A stretch of 64,000 nucleotides of DNA, from contig CAYZTB010000004.1 of the NCBI GenBank assembly GCA_964481195.1, positions 24,306 to 88,305 on the forward strand, in the 5' to 3' direction. The position numbers and the translations under genes were made by a program. The notes under the pieces were generated by a model. It did not search any database. It was not told where the DNA came from and saw only the letters and a list, made by a program, of their open reading frames with translations. This DNA comes from an uncultured Bacteroidia bacterium (GTDB lineage: Bacteria > Bacteroidota > Bacteroidia > Palsa-948). Positions 20,018 to 29,210 of this stretch are shown piece after piece; within the stretch, counting starts at the first letter, position 1; each line of letters opens with the position of its first letter.

Positions 20018-20100
20018 TTCAACACAGAGAGCACAGAGTTTACTGAGATTCACAGAGAAACTCTGTGTTACTCTGTTTGCTTCGCGAACTCTGTGTTAAA
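20018..20100. mobile_element. Gene-less family A (CACAGAG) inward-facing doublet, MITE-like
   Basis: TTCAACACAGAGAGCACAGAG...GAGATTCACAGAG-AAA-CTCTGTGTTACTC...CTCTGTGTTAAA; arms match the flanks of GxxExxY at 62495/62914. Confidence 0.7.
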
Positions 20101-20217
20101 GATTTTATTATTCGTATTAAAATACGTTTAATAGCAAACAATAACATTCAAGCTAAAACTCTTTCAATAGCTCTTAATAAATTATATCTTTGCGCCACAA
20201 TCTTAAATATAAAAATT

Positions 20218-20628
20218 ATGTACCCAGAAGCAATTGTAAAACCAATGAAAGCAGAACTTAACTCTGCCGGATTTGAAGATCTTATAACAACAGATGCAGT
20301 AGAGAATGCAATCAATGCAAAAGGCACTACACTGGTAGTAGTAAATTCTGTTTGCGGTTGCGCTGCAGGCGCTGCACGCCCGGGAGTGAAATTAGCTATT
20401 GATCATCCTAAACACCCATCAAAATTAACTGCTGTATTTGCCGGTGTAGATACCGAAGCGGTAGCACAAGCAAGAAAGCATTTTCTTCCTTACCCGCCTT
20501 CATCTCCCTCAATAGCTTTATTTAAGGATGGCAAATTGGTGCATTTTGTAGAGCGCCATCATATTGAAGGTCGTTCGGCAGAAATGATAGCCGATAATCT
20601 TAAAATGGCTTTTGACGAACATTGCTAA
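20218..20628 (+). CDS. BrxA/BrxB family bacilliredoxin
   Basis: MYPEAIVKPM, VNSVCGCAAGAARP (CGC motif); -7 TATCTTTG at 20185-20192. Confidence 0.92.
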   Translation: MYPEAIVKPMKAELNSAGFEDLITTDAVENAINAKGTTLVVVNSVCGCAAGAARPGVKLAIDHPKHPSKLTAVFAGVDTEAVAQARKHFLPYPPSSPSIALFKDGKLVHFVERHHIEGRSAEMIADNLKMAFDEHC

Positions 20629-20703
20629 TACGACAAAACTAAGACCAATTTCATTTAGTAGAATTCAATTTGAAGGCATTGGCTTAGTTTTTTAAGTATT
20701 CAT

Positions 20704-20834
20704 CCTTTGTGAACTTTGTGGGCTGATTCTTTGTGTTCTTTGCGGTTTCTGCCTTTTTAACAGCCGAAACCACAAAGAGAATCATGTAAATACACGCTCC
20801 AAAGGAGTCCCTTCGGGGCAAAGAACATAGAGGA
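20704..20834. repeat. Family A' (CACAAAG) outward-facing doublet with a nested family D element (20796-20819)
   Basis: Reverse-complement similarity to 28964-29070 (TTTGTGGGCTG, TTTGYGGTTTCTG, CAGCCGAAACCACAAAG); GCTCCAAAGGAGTCCCTTCGGGGC interrupts a CAC^AAAG unit. Confidence 0.8.
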
Positions 20835-20971
20835 ATACAAGCTGAGACGCTTAATACAAAATACTGTTTTTTGCTGTCGTTCTGTTTTATTATCTTCGCA
20901 CGCCCGAATGAGAATTGCTCAGGTGGGCAACTTTTAAAAAAAAATAGTCAACAATCATTAAAATATAAATC

Positions 20972-22291
20972 ATGTCAGAAACAAAAGTGGAAAAATTTGT
21001 AAAGAACAAAGTGAAAGACATTTCTCTAGCAGCTTGGGGCCGCAAAGAGATTCTTTTGGCAGAAGCCGAGATGCCGGGTTTAATGGCTCTTCGCGATGAA
21101 TACGGAAAGCAACAACCTTTAAAAGGCGCGCGTATTGCAGGTTGCCTGCATATGACCATTCAAACAGCAGTGCTAATTGAAACACTAACAGCATTAGGCG
21201 CAGAGGTTACTTGGTCGTCTTGCAATATTTTTTCTACACAGGATCACGCAGCAGCAGCCATTGCTGATGCAGGAATTTCTGTTTATGCTTGGAAAGGAAT
21301 GAATGCCGAAGAGTTTGACTGGTGCATTGAACAAACATTATTTTTTGGAGAAGACCGCAAGCCACTCAACATGATTTTGGATGATGGTGGAGATCTTACT
21401 AACATGGTTATTGATAAATTTCCTGAGTTAGTAAAAGATATCAAAGGGCTTTCGGAAGAAACAACAACAGGAGTACACCGTTTGTATGAGCGCATGAAAA
21501 ACGGTACTCTTCCTATGCCTGCAATCAACGTAAACGATTCAGTAACTAAATCAAAGTTTGATAATAAATACGGCTGTAGAGAATCATTGGTAGATGCTAT
21601 CCGCAGAGCAACTGACCTTATGTTAGCGGGTAAAGTAGCGGTGGTAGCGGGGTTTGGTGATGTTGGAAAAGGTTCAGCAGAATCACTGAAAGATGGCAAA
21701 GTTCGAGTAATTGTAACTGAGATTGACCCAATTTGTGCCCTGCAAGCAGCGATGGAAGGATATGAAGTAAAAAAGATGGACGATGCAGTAAAAGAAGCCG
21801 ACATCATTGTTACCGCAACCGGAAATTACAACATCATTACCGATCGTCATTTCAAAGCGATGAAGAACAACGCAGTGGTTTGTAACATCGGCCACTTTGA
21901 TAATGAAATTGATATGGCTTGGTTAAATAAAACTCACGGCAAATCAAAAGTGGAAATTAAGCCACAGGTAGATAAATATACTGTTGATGGCAAAGACATT
22001 ATCGTTCTTGCTGAAGGTCGTTTAGTAAACTTAGGTTGTGCTATGGGTCACCCATCATTTGTGATGAGTAATTCATTCACCAACCAAACTCTTGCTCAGC
22101 TGGAACTTTGGAAAAACTCTTCTAAGTACGAAAACAAAGTGTACACCTTACCTAAGGAGCTTGACGAAAAAGTTGCACGCCTGCATTTGAATAAAGTTGG
22201 CGCAGTGTTGGATACTTTAAGTGAAGAGCAAGCAAAATATATTGGTGTTAAAGTACAAGGGCCGTTTAAATCGGATACGTACAGATACTAG
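20972..22291 (+). CDS. ahcY: Adenosylhomocysteinase
   Basis: [51 protein letters not shown]. Confidence 0.98.
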   Translation: MSETKVEKFVKNKVKDISLAAWGRKEILLAEAEMPGLMALRDEYGKQQPLKGARIAGCLHMTIQTAVLIETLTALGAEVTWSSCNIFSTQDHAAAAIADAGISVYAWKGMNAEEFDWCIEQTLFFGEDRKPLNMILDDGGDLTNMVIDKFPELVKDIKGLSEETTTGVHRLYERMKNGTLPMPAINVNDSVTKSKFDNKYGCRESLVDAIRRATDLMLAGKVAVVAGFGDVGKGSAESLKDGKVRVIVTEIDPICALQAAMEGYEVKKMDDAVKEADIIVTATGNYNIITDRHFKAMKNNAVVCNIGHFDNEIDMAWLNKTHGKSKVEIKPQVDKYTVDGKDIIVLAEGRLVNLGCAMGHPSFVMSNSFTNQTLAQLELWKNSSKYENKVYTLPKELDEKVARLHLNKVGAVLDTLSEEQAKYIGVKVQGPFKSDTYRY

Positions 22292-22313
22292 AAATAGTGC
22301 AATTAATATCTTT

Positions 22314-22347
22314 AAAAGTCCGGGTAGAAATACTCGGACTTTTTTTG
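22314..22347. terminator. Intrinsic terminator after ahcY (potentially bidirectional)
   Basis: AAAAGTCCGGG-TAGAAATA-CTCGGACTTTTTTT between convergent genes. Confidence 0.8.
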
Positions 22348-23427
22348 TTAAAATTTCTCTGTTAACCTCTTCACCAATCTAAAGTTTATAAAAAACTCTT
22401 TGGCAATTACGCGCAGCACTGTGTAGGTAGGAACAGCAATTACCATTCCTCCAATGCCACCGGCCTTGGCTCCAATAAGGATTACTAAAAATATTTCCAG
22501 CGGATGCGCTTTTACAGAGTTCGAAAAAATAAATGGTTGCAACAAAAACGAATCAGCTATTTGAGCAATTCCAAATACTAAAACTACTTTTCCGACAAGC
22601 ACCATCATGGTCATTTCTGGGTTGGTGGTGAGCCCAATAAATAATGCAAACCCGGCTCCAATAAGCGGCCCTACATATGGAATTACGATTACGATTCCTG
22701 CAAAGAGCGCAATCAGAAAAGCATTATTTATTCCTGCAATGGTTAATCCAACTGAAAGAATAGTCATAACCGAAAACACTTCAATTAAAATCCCGATAAA
22801 GTACCTTATCAACATCTGCTTGGATTCTTTAAGCACCTTGCTGATGCGAGTTGAATAATCCTCCGGCACCGAAGCAAGTACTGCAGTTATGATTTGCTTC
22901 TCATCTCTTAAAAAGAAAAAGGTAAGAAAGGATATTGCAAAAAAGGCTATGAAGAAATCGCCCATCACAGCTACTGTTTTATGTAATACAAGGGTAAGAT
23001 TGGCAGCTGTCAATGCCGACATTAATTTTTCCTGCAGGTATTTTTGAATAGTTCCCCGATCGTAGGATACATTAAAATTTTGTAGCACCTCTTCAATTTT
23101 GTCTATGGGAGCTTGAAGAGATGCAAGTGCATCGGTGCGACTTATAGAAGATATTAATTGAGCCTCCTCGGTAACTAGCGGCACAAAGATGATGGCAAAA
23201 AGTACAAATACCGATAGCATAGTCAGAAAAGTAAGTGTGGCACTAATTGTCTCGGTAAGTTTAAATTTTCCCAGCTTCAGACTTCCATAAAACGTATCAA
23301 TGGGCTGCCCAATGAGTGCAATAACTCCGGCAATTACAACATACAGGAATATGGCGCTGAAATACCAAATGGAAAAACCAATTAGTGCAATGGCGAAAAT
23401 CGCTAAAAGTGGTTTTCTCATTTCCAT
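22348..23427 (-). CDS. AI-2E family transporter
   Basis: Multi-TM protein; IPYVGPLIG, VKAHPLEIFLVILIG. Confidence 0.9.
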   Translation of the reverse strand: MEMRKPLLAIFAIALIGFSIWYFSAIFLYVVIAGVIALIGQPIDTFYGSLKLGKFKLTETISATLTFLTMLSVFVLFAIIFVPLVTEEAQLISSISRTDALASLQAPIDKIEEVLQNFNVSYDRGTIQKYLQEKLMSALTAANLTLVLHKTVAVMGDFFIAFFAISFLTFFFLRDEKQIITAVLASVPEDYSTRISKVLKESKQMLIRYFIGILIEVFSVMTILSVGLTIAGINNAFLIALFAGIVIVIPYVGPLIGAGFALFIGLTTNPEMTMMVLVGKVVLVFGIAQIADSFLLQPFIFSNSVKAHPLEIFLVILIGAKAGGIGGMVIAVPTYTVLRVIAKEFFINFRLVKRLTEKF

Positions 23428-23548
23428 AAATTATAGCTCCGAAGGTACAAATAATGCGTGTAGCCTAAATCTGTGTAAATCTGAACAATCTGTGGTAAAA
23501 TCAAACCGTACAACATATTAATTTTTGCCAATCACAGACTGATTTTTG

Positions 23549-23556
23549 TATCTTTG
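23549..23556 (+). promoter_or_regulatory. -7 promoter element for purF
   Basis: TATCTTTG, with TTTG (-33) at 23524-23527. Confidence 0.65.
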
Positions 23557-23565
23557 TGATAGGCT

Positions 23566-25494
23566 ATGAGCGATTCCATTAAGCATGAGTGCGGCATCGC
23601 ACTTTTACGACTTCTCAAACCACTCTCGTTTTACCACGAAAAATATGGCACGGCTCTTTATGGAATAAACAAACTTTATTTGTTGATGGAAAAACAGCGC
23701 AATCGCGGTCAAGACGGTTGTGGGGTTGCCAATATTAAATTTGACGTTGACCCCGGCACTCGATACATCAGCAGATACCGCTCGGCCTCGCACAATGCGC
23801 TTGAAGATATTTTCAAAAAAATAAATTCACGCTTTGTCGATTTAGACAAAAAAAATCCTGAAAAAATTTCTGACCCTGTTTGGCTCAAAAAAAATATGGC
23901 CTTTACTGGCGAATTATTTTTAGGACATCTTCGCTATAGCACCTTTGGAAAAAATGGCGTTGAATATTGCCACCCTTTTCTGCGCCAAAATAATTGGATG
24001 ACACGAAACTTAGTAGTAGCAGGAAATTTTAACCTCACTAACACTGAGGAACTTTTTAACCAGCTGGTAGAGCTGGGTCAGCACCCAAAAGATAAAGCGG
24101 ATACGGTTACGGTGATGGAAAAGATTGGGCATTTTCTGGATGAAGAAAACCAAGAGTTGTTCAATAAGTATCATAAGGAAGGTCTTTCAAACGAAGAAAT
24201 TACTTTAAAGATTGTTCAAAATCTGGACGTTAAAAATATTTTAAAGGCAGCAACAAAAAAGTTTGATGGTGGCTATGCCATGGCTGGATTGTTAGGACAT
24301 GGCGATGCATTTGTGCTGCGCGACCCCAACGGTATTCGTCCTGCTTTTTATTATTGCGATGATGAGGTTGTGGTTGTTACTTCAGAACGCCCTGCCATTC
24401 AAACAGCTTTTAACGTTCCGATGGAAAACATCAAAGAAATAAAGCCCGGCTTTGCGCTCATCATAAAAAAAGATGGAACCATAACCGAAGAGGAAGTGCT
24501 GGAGCCCAAAGAAAAAAAATCTTGCTCCTTCGAGCGCATTTATTTTTCGAGAGGCAGCGATGCAGATATTTACATAGAAAGAAAAAAACTAGGCGTAGAA
24601 CTTTGTTCTGCTGTACTAAAATCGGTAGACAGCGACTTGCGTAACACCGTATTTTCATTTATACCTAATACTGCCGAGGTTGCTTTTATAGGTCTCATGC
24701 AGGGCATTTCTAACTATTTGGATGGATGGAAAACTACCGAGATTAGAAAATTATTTTCTTCTCAAACATCTTCTTCTCGCCCTATTGCGGAAGTGATGGA
24801 CGAAGTGCACGAAATTGTTTCTTTTAGGGCAAGACAAGAAAAAATAGCTATCAAAGATGCAAAGCTACGCACCTTTATTACTGCCGATGCGCAACGCGAT
24901 GACATGGTGGCACATGTTTACGATACAACCTATGGCGTGATCCGAAAAGGGTTGGATAATTTTGTGGTGCTGGATGATTCCATCGTTCGCGGCACTACCC
25001 TTAAGAAAAGCATCATCCGCATTTTTGACAGACTAGGCCCTAAAAAAATTGTTATCGTTTCTTCAGCGCCACAAATCAGGTTCCCAGATTGTTATGGCAT
25101 TGATATGGCTCGCTTAGGCGATTTGATAGCTTTCCGCGCAGCGGTAGAATTATTGAAATCAAAATACAAAGAGAATTTTTTAGAAGAACTATTAGAAAAA
25201 GCCATTGCTGAAAACAATAAGCCGCCAGGAGATATTCAAAATGTGGTGAAAGAAATTTACAAACCATTTACCCCACAGGAAATATCAGATAAAATTACAG
25301 AGCTACTTCTTCCTCCTAATACAAAGGCCAAGGTGCAAATCATTTATCAATCCATTGAAGGGTTACACGCTTCGTGTCCAAACCATAAAGGAGATTGGTA
25401 TTTTACTGGCGATTACCCTACGCCTGGTGGCAACCGTGTTGCAAACCGCTCTTTCATTAATTACATGCAAGGAAAAAATGTGAGAGCGTATTGA
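23566..25494 (+). CDS. purF: Amidophosphoribosyltransferase (long Bacteroidota form)
   Basis: HECG N-terminus, NRGQDG, VLDDSIVRGTT, SSAPQIRFPDCYGIDM. Confidence 0.93.
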   Translation: MSDSIKHECGIALLRLLKPLSFYHEKYGTALYGINKLYLLMEKQRNRGQDGCGVANIKFDVDPGTRYISRYRSASHNALEDIFKKINSRFVDLDKKNPEKISDPVWLKKNMAFTGELFLGHLRYSTFGKNGVEYCHPFLRQNNWMTRNLVVAGNFNLTNTEELFNQLVELGQHPKDKADTVTVMEKIGHFLDEENQELFNKYHKEGLSNEEITLKIVQNLDVKNILKAATKKFDGGYAMAGLLGHGDAFVLRDPNGIRPAFYYCDDEVVVVTSERPAIQTAFNVPMENIKEIKPGFALIIKKDGTITEEEVLEPKEKKSCSFERIYFSRGSDADIYIERKKLGVELCSAVLKSVDSDLRNTVFSFIPNTAEVAFIGLMQGISNYLDGWKTTEIRKLFSSQTSSSRPIAEVMDEVHEIVSFRARQEKIAIKDAKLRTFITADAQRDDMVAHVYDTTYGVIRKGLDNFVVLDDSIVRGTTLKKSIIRIFDRLGPKKIVIVSSAPQIRFPDCYGIDMARLGDLIAFRAAVELLKSKYKENFLEELLEKAIAENNKPPGDIQNVVKEIYKPFTPQEISDKITELLLPPNTKAKVQIIYQSIEGLHASCPNHKGDWYFTGDYPTPGGNRVANRSFINYMQGKNVRAY

Positions 25495-25533
25495 GTTAAG
25501 GCTGATTTACAGATTCAAACTAGCTCTTCCAGA

Positions 25534-25902
25534 TTATTTCTTTTTCTTATCTTTTTCAAGCAACGAGTTTATTTTTTGAAGTAACCCGTATTTATCCTTC
25601 AATTCTGAAATTTCTTTTTTGAGAATTTCTGTCTCTTGAGGAGGAGGCTTGCTTTTTCCTGTCCTATAATCTGGCACAGGCTCGGCAGAAGATAAAATCT
25701 GTTCATCCGAAAAATAGTGTTTGAAAAAATTATAGTTAAAGGCGTAAGAAATCTTCGAAAGCAAATATGTGTCAATGGATTTCCGTTTATAAATTCCGTA
25801 AATATTCTGCTTAGAAGTGTTTATCATTTTACTCAGTTCGGTGGGGCCAATGCGTAATTCCTTTGCTTTTTCGCGTATTTTTTGACCTATGTGAATCTCC
25901 AT
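25534..25902 (-). CDS. XRE/Cro-like HTH transcriptional regulator
   Basis: HIGQKIREKAKELRIGPTELSKMINTSKQNIYGIYKRKSIDT; C-terminal coiled coil. Confidence 0.8.
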   Translation of the reverse strand: MEIHIGQKIREKAKELRIGPTELSKMINTSKQNIYGIYKRKSIDTYLLSKISYAFNYNFFKHYFSDEQILSSAEPVPDYRTGKSKPPPQETEILKKEISELKDKYGLLQKINSLLEKDKKKK

Positions 25903-25990
25903 ACGGCAAAATTGGGCAATAACCCTCCTGTATCCGTTTAATAAAGGTATGTTTATATAATAATATTAGTATATAAATTCTTTAATTATT

Positions 25991-26007
25991 GTAAATTATA
26001 TATTTAC
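25991..26007. promoter_or_regulatory. Palindrome, candidate operator between the regulator and the lipoprotein cluster
   Basis: GTAAAT-TATAT-ATTTAC, upstream of a -7-like TATATTTG; AT-rich, so it could be chance. Confidence 0.35.
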
Positions 26008-26010
26008 TTT

Positions 26011-27063
26011 ATGGCAATAAATCATATATTTGTAGTATCGTCCAAAATCGCTTTTAAATTGAAAGAAAAATTACTTTATGTGATTGTCAGCCTTGTTTTT
26101 ATGAGTTGCGCTGATTGGGTAAAAATTGTCAATCTCACAGTCGTATCAACGAGAAATTACAATTCTCAGGCGGGATATAAAGAGCTGCAAAGGTTTGCTG
26201 AAGGACGCGACAATGGTAAATCAGTGACATCAAGAGAAGGTAAAGTTTCGGCAGAGAACAATGGAAAAATAACTGCCGCGATTGAAGATGCCATACGAAA
26301 TGTACCCGGTGGGGAATGCATGCAGAATGTTCAAGTTTATGAAAAGAATGGGAAGATTAAAGTGGTTGGCGATGTGTGGGGCTTTCCGGAAAACGCAAAT
26401 AAAAATCAGTATGGACATAATATCAATGCTGGCGAGAAAGTAATGTTTAAATGGAATGGCAGTTTTATTACCGGGGTAGTAGTAGCTATAGAGGTTGATA
26501 AAGCGGCTGTTAAATATCTAGATAGTAGGGGAGGAGAGCAAATTAAAAAATTTGATTATAAAGATTTAACAAAATACACAGGCGCAGAGTTGCCAGTCAA
26601 TTCTTCGAAGGCCGAGTTTACCGAGGGAGATTTGGTCACTTGGAAAAGAGATTGGGGTTCCGAATATGATCAGGGAACCGTTAGAGCAGTTAAGGGTAAA
26701 TATGTGATAGTAGATTACAAAAATCAGAATGGACGTGATAAAACAATAGAAATTATTTCTTCGAAACTCACAAAGATCCAGGCTCCTGCTAACAATCCAA
26801 CAGTCACGGAAAATAATTCCCCTATTGTTAATCAGAGGCCTCCAGATATGCCAGCTTCCCAATTCAATGCTGAAAAGCAATTTTATACTGTTAATACAGA
26901 AACCCTTAATGTAAGAGAAGAGCCTAACATATCATCCTCATCTTTTTTAACATTAAAAAAAGGTTCGCAGGTTGAGCTTGTTGAAAAAACAAGCGCAGGG
27001 TGGTGGAAAGTGAAATATAGTGGCGTGGAGGGATATGTTTCTTCGAAATACCTGACTAAATAA
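26011..27063 (+). CDS. Lipoprotein with two Tudor/SH3-fold-like repeats and a C-terminal bacterial SH3 domain (likely TTG start near 26059)
   Basis: LVFMSC lipobox; AGEKVMFKW / EGDLVTWK repeats; TLNVREEPNISS...LKKGSQVELVEK...WWKVKY...GYVSSKYL. Confidence 0.75.
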   Translation: MAINHIFVVSSKIAFKLKEKLLYVIVSLVFMSCADWVKIVNLTVVSTRNYNSQAGYKELQRFAEGRDNGKSVTSREGKVSAENNGKITAAIEDAIRNVPGGECMQNVQVYEKNGKIKVVGDVWGFPENANKNQYGHNINAGEKVMFKWNGSFITGVVVAIEVDKAAVKYLDSRGGEQIKKFDYKDLTKYTGAELPVNSSKAEFTEGDLVTWKRDWGSEYDQGTVRAVKGKYVIVDYKNQNGRDKTIEIISSKLTKIQAPANNPTVTENNSPIVNQRPPDMPASQFNAEKQFYTVNTETLNVREEPNISSSSFLTLKKGSQVELVEKTSAGWWKVKYSGVEGYVSSKYLTK

Positions 27064-27093
27064 ACAAACAATAACAATCAAAACAAATCAAAA

Positions 27094-27678
27094 ATGAAAA
27101 AAACAATTATTCTTGGAATGTTTGCACTAAGCGTGCTAATGTTCAATTCTTGTGCCAAAGATGACCAAATGGGTCCTCAAGGTCCAGCCGGTGCAAACGG
27201 AGCAAATGGAACTGCAGGCACTAATGGAACAAACGGAACTAATGGTACAAATGGCAATGCCAATGTAACGTCTACAACCATAACTCCCAATAACTGGGTT
27301 ACTGATTATGATGATGGAATCAATTTTGATTATAGTGTTTCTATGTCATGGGCGAACATTACACAATCCGTTAAAGATAAAGGTGCAGTTATGGTATATG
27401 GTGACGATGGTGCGGGGAGTTGGGTTGCACTGCCTTATACATATTCCGATGATACTTATTATTCCACTACTTTGAATTTTTGGTTTTCTATCGGTACTGT
27501 AAAAGTACAGTATGTTGGATTTGATGATTCAGGATCACCTGGTTCTGCATCATTTTTAAATGGGCAACTGAAATTTAAAATTGTTGCGATTGACGGTTCT
27601 AGGTGGGCTAATTTCCCTAAGAGCGTTAATATCAAAAATTACAAAGAAGTAAAAGAATATTTTCAATTGATAGATTAA
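27094..27678 (+). CDS. Collagen-like lipoprotein
   Basis: FNSC lipobox; G-X-Y run GPQGPAGANGANGTAGTNGTNGTNGTNG. Confidence 0.8.
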   Translation: MKKTIILGMFALSVLMFNSCAKDDQMGPQGPAGANGANGTAGTNGTNGTNGTNGNANVTSTTITPNNWVTDYDDGINFDYSVSMSWANITQSVKDKGAVMVYGDDGAGSWVALPYTYSDDTYYSTTLNFWFSIGTVKVQYVGFDDSGSPGSASFLNGQLKFKIVAIDGSRWANFPKSVNIKNYKEVKEYFQLID

Positions 27679-27701
27679 TAAAGTAAAATAGTATTATGAA
27701 T

Positions 27702-27734
27702 AAAAACCCCATTCCATAGTGGAATGGGGTTTTT
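27702..27734 (+). terminator. Intrinsic terminator
   Basis: AAAAACCCCATTCCA-TAG-TGGAATGGGGTTTTT. Confidence 0.85.
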
Positions 27735-27759
27735 CAACCTTATTTAAAAGTACCCCAAA

Positions 27760-28128
27760 ATGAAAACAAAAATACTATCTGCACTTTTATTCTGTTCACT
27801 AATTCTATTTAGCGAATGCAAAAAAGAAACACCCTCAAGTCCCGGAAATGGCACTGCGACACAACCGGGATGTGTAACAAACAATACAGGCGTTGTGTAT
27901 TTCAAAAACAAATATTCAGACCCGTACAAATTAGAGATTAACGCAGTTTACAAAGGAACTGTTTCAGGTGGATCATCCACTTCTCCTACTACCAGTTCCC
28001 CCTATACTACTTCTGCGGGAAGTATTTCATGGAAAGCTACACAAGCAAGTGGCTATACTTTTTGGCCCGATGCTTACAATGGGAATAGCACCGTTACGCA
28101 ATGTTCTGATTTGACCATCATATTTTAG
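27760..28128 (+). CDS. Small lipoprotein, hypothetical
   Basis: LFSEC lipobox-like motif; Cys pair; beta-rich Thr/Ser body. Confidence 0.7.
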   Translation: MKTKILSALLFCSLILFSECKKETPSSPGNGTATQPGCVTNNTGVVYFKNKYSDPYKLEINAVYKGTVSGGSSTSPTTSSPYTTSAGSISWKATQASGYTFWPDAYNGNSTVTQCSDLTIIF

Positions 28129-28150
28129 GGTAGGAGCTTTCGGAGTTTTT

Positions 28151-28179
28151 AAGCCATCCCTATCAGGGGTGGCTTTTTT
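28151..28179 (+). terminator. Intrinsic terminator
   Basis: AAGCCATCCC-TATCA-GGGGTGGCTTTTTT. Confidence 0.75.
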
Positions 28180-28492
28180 ATTTTTATAGAACCTCTCTTG
28201 GCCTTTGGCAGTTGAACGTCTTTTGTCAGCGCACGGATTAACTACCTTTTATTGAAATTTTCTATAAAAACCCACCTTATGCGTCTGCAAACGTTTACAA
28301 ACGGGTATATCCGAATGTAAATGCTTAATAACCGACTTGGCCGGCAGGACCGCTGCACCTTTGCCTCATCAAACGAAACGAACAACCAAAATAGGATGCA
28401 CAGTAAAAATAAAAGATCAGGGGAAGTGAATGCGCTTTCTTTAGTTGTACGTGAATATATAATAAAGCACTGTGTAACCATTGCATCCCATA

Positions 28493-28539
28493 TGTCTGCC
28501 CAGTCCCTGAGCTTATCCAAGGACGGGAAGGCGCAGACA
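28493..28539. repeat. Degenerate family B REP inside a hairpin
   Basis: TGTCTGC..GTCC-CTGAGCTTATCCAA-GGAC..GCAGACA; core matches TGAGCTTGTCGAA at 11/13. Confidence 0.6.
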
Positions 28540-28588
28540 AATAACAAAAACAACAGTCCGATCCCTTTGCTCCATCAAACAAAAAAAA

Positions 28589-28972
28589 ATGCTGACAGAA
28601 AATCAACTATCAAATAAAATAATCGGACTTGCGATGCAAGTTCACACCACACTGGGTCCGGGCCTGCTCGAAAGCGCATATAAGGAGTGCATGCAATACA
28701 AAATAAAAAAAGCGGGTCTATGCGTAGAAAAGGAAAAAGCCATGCCACTCATTTTTGAAGAAATAAAGCTGGAATGCGCATACCGCATGGACCTGCTCGT
28801 AGAAAGTAAGGTAGTAATAGAGATCAAGAGTGTAGAGGCGTTGAATGATGTACACCTAGCGCAAACACTCACCTACATGAAACTTGGGAGTTATAAACTA
28901 GGGTTACTGATCAATTTTAATGTTGCACATCTAAGAAATGGAATAAAACGTGTTATAAACGGCACTTTGTGA
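28589..28972 (+). CDS. GxxExxY protein (PD-(D/E)XK nuclease superfamily), copy 1
   Basis: [41 protein letters not shown]. Confidence 0.93.
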   Translation: MLTENQLSNKIIGLAMQVHTTLGPGLLESAYKECMQYKIKKAGLCVEKEKAMPLIFEEIKLECAYRMDLLVESKVVIEIKSVEALNDVHLAQTLTYMKLGSYKLGLLINFNVAHLRNGIKRVINGTL

Positions 28973-29070
28973 CCTCTGTGCCAGCCATAGTGTCCTTTGT
29001 GGTTTCGGCTGATAAATACAGAAACCACAAAGGACACAAAGTGAATAAACAGCCCACAAAGGGCACGAAG
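28964..29070. repeat. Family A' doublet overlapping the GxxExxY-1 stop codon
   Basis: CACTTTGTGACCTCTGTG...CCTTTGTGGTTTCGGCTG-ATAAATA-CAGAAACCACAAAGGACACAAAG...CCCACAAAGGGCACGAAG. Confidence 0.85.
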
Positions 29071-29171
29071 AATATAAAAGAAAAACAAACAACAACAACC
29101 GCCCCTTCCCTAAAAGGGCGAAACAAATAAAACAAACGCTTCATGCAGGGATGAGGCAAAAAAACAAAAAC

Positions 29172-29195
29172 CCACCTACGCTGAAGCTACGGTGG
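29172..29195. repeat. Short REP-like hairpin (family E) just upstream of ssb
   Basis: CCACC-TACGCTGAAGCTAC-GGTGG; single copy in the window. Confidence 0.5.
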
Positions 29196-29210
29196 ATAAA
29201 ACAAAACAAC

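Noticed and set aside
20065-20217. N-terminal extension of brxA
   Set aside because: It reads through a family A arm and the promoter; the real start is MYPEAIV.
23468-23497. AATCTGTGTAAATCTGAACAATCTGTGG as another GxxExxY-type arm
   Set aside because: It resembles CACAGATT-type repeats, but it is a single short arm with no clear partner in the window.
28321-28617. 98-aa ORF upstream of GxxExxY-1
   Set aside because: No recognisable domain; it spans a promoter-like motif and a REP hairpin, so it is probably leader sequence.
29100-29120. CGCCC...GGGCG hairpin as a family C member
   Set aside because: It lacks the CCCTCCC/GGGAGGG stem; it is more likely a native ssb leader hairpin.
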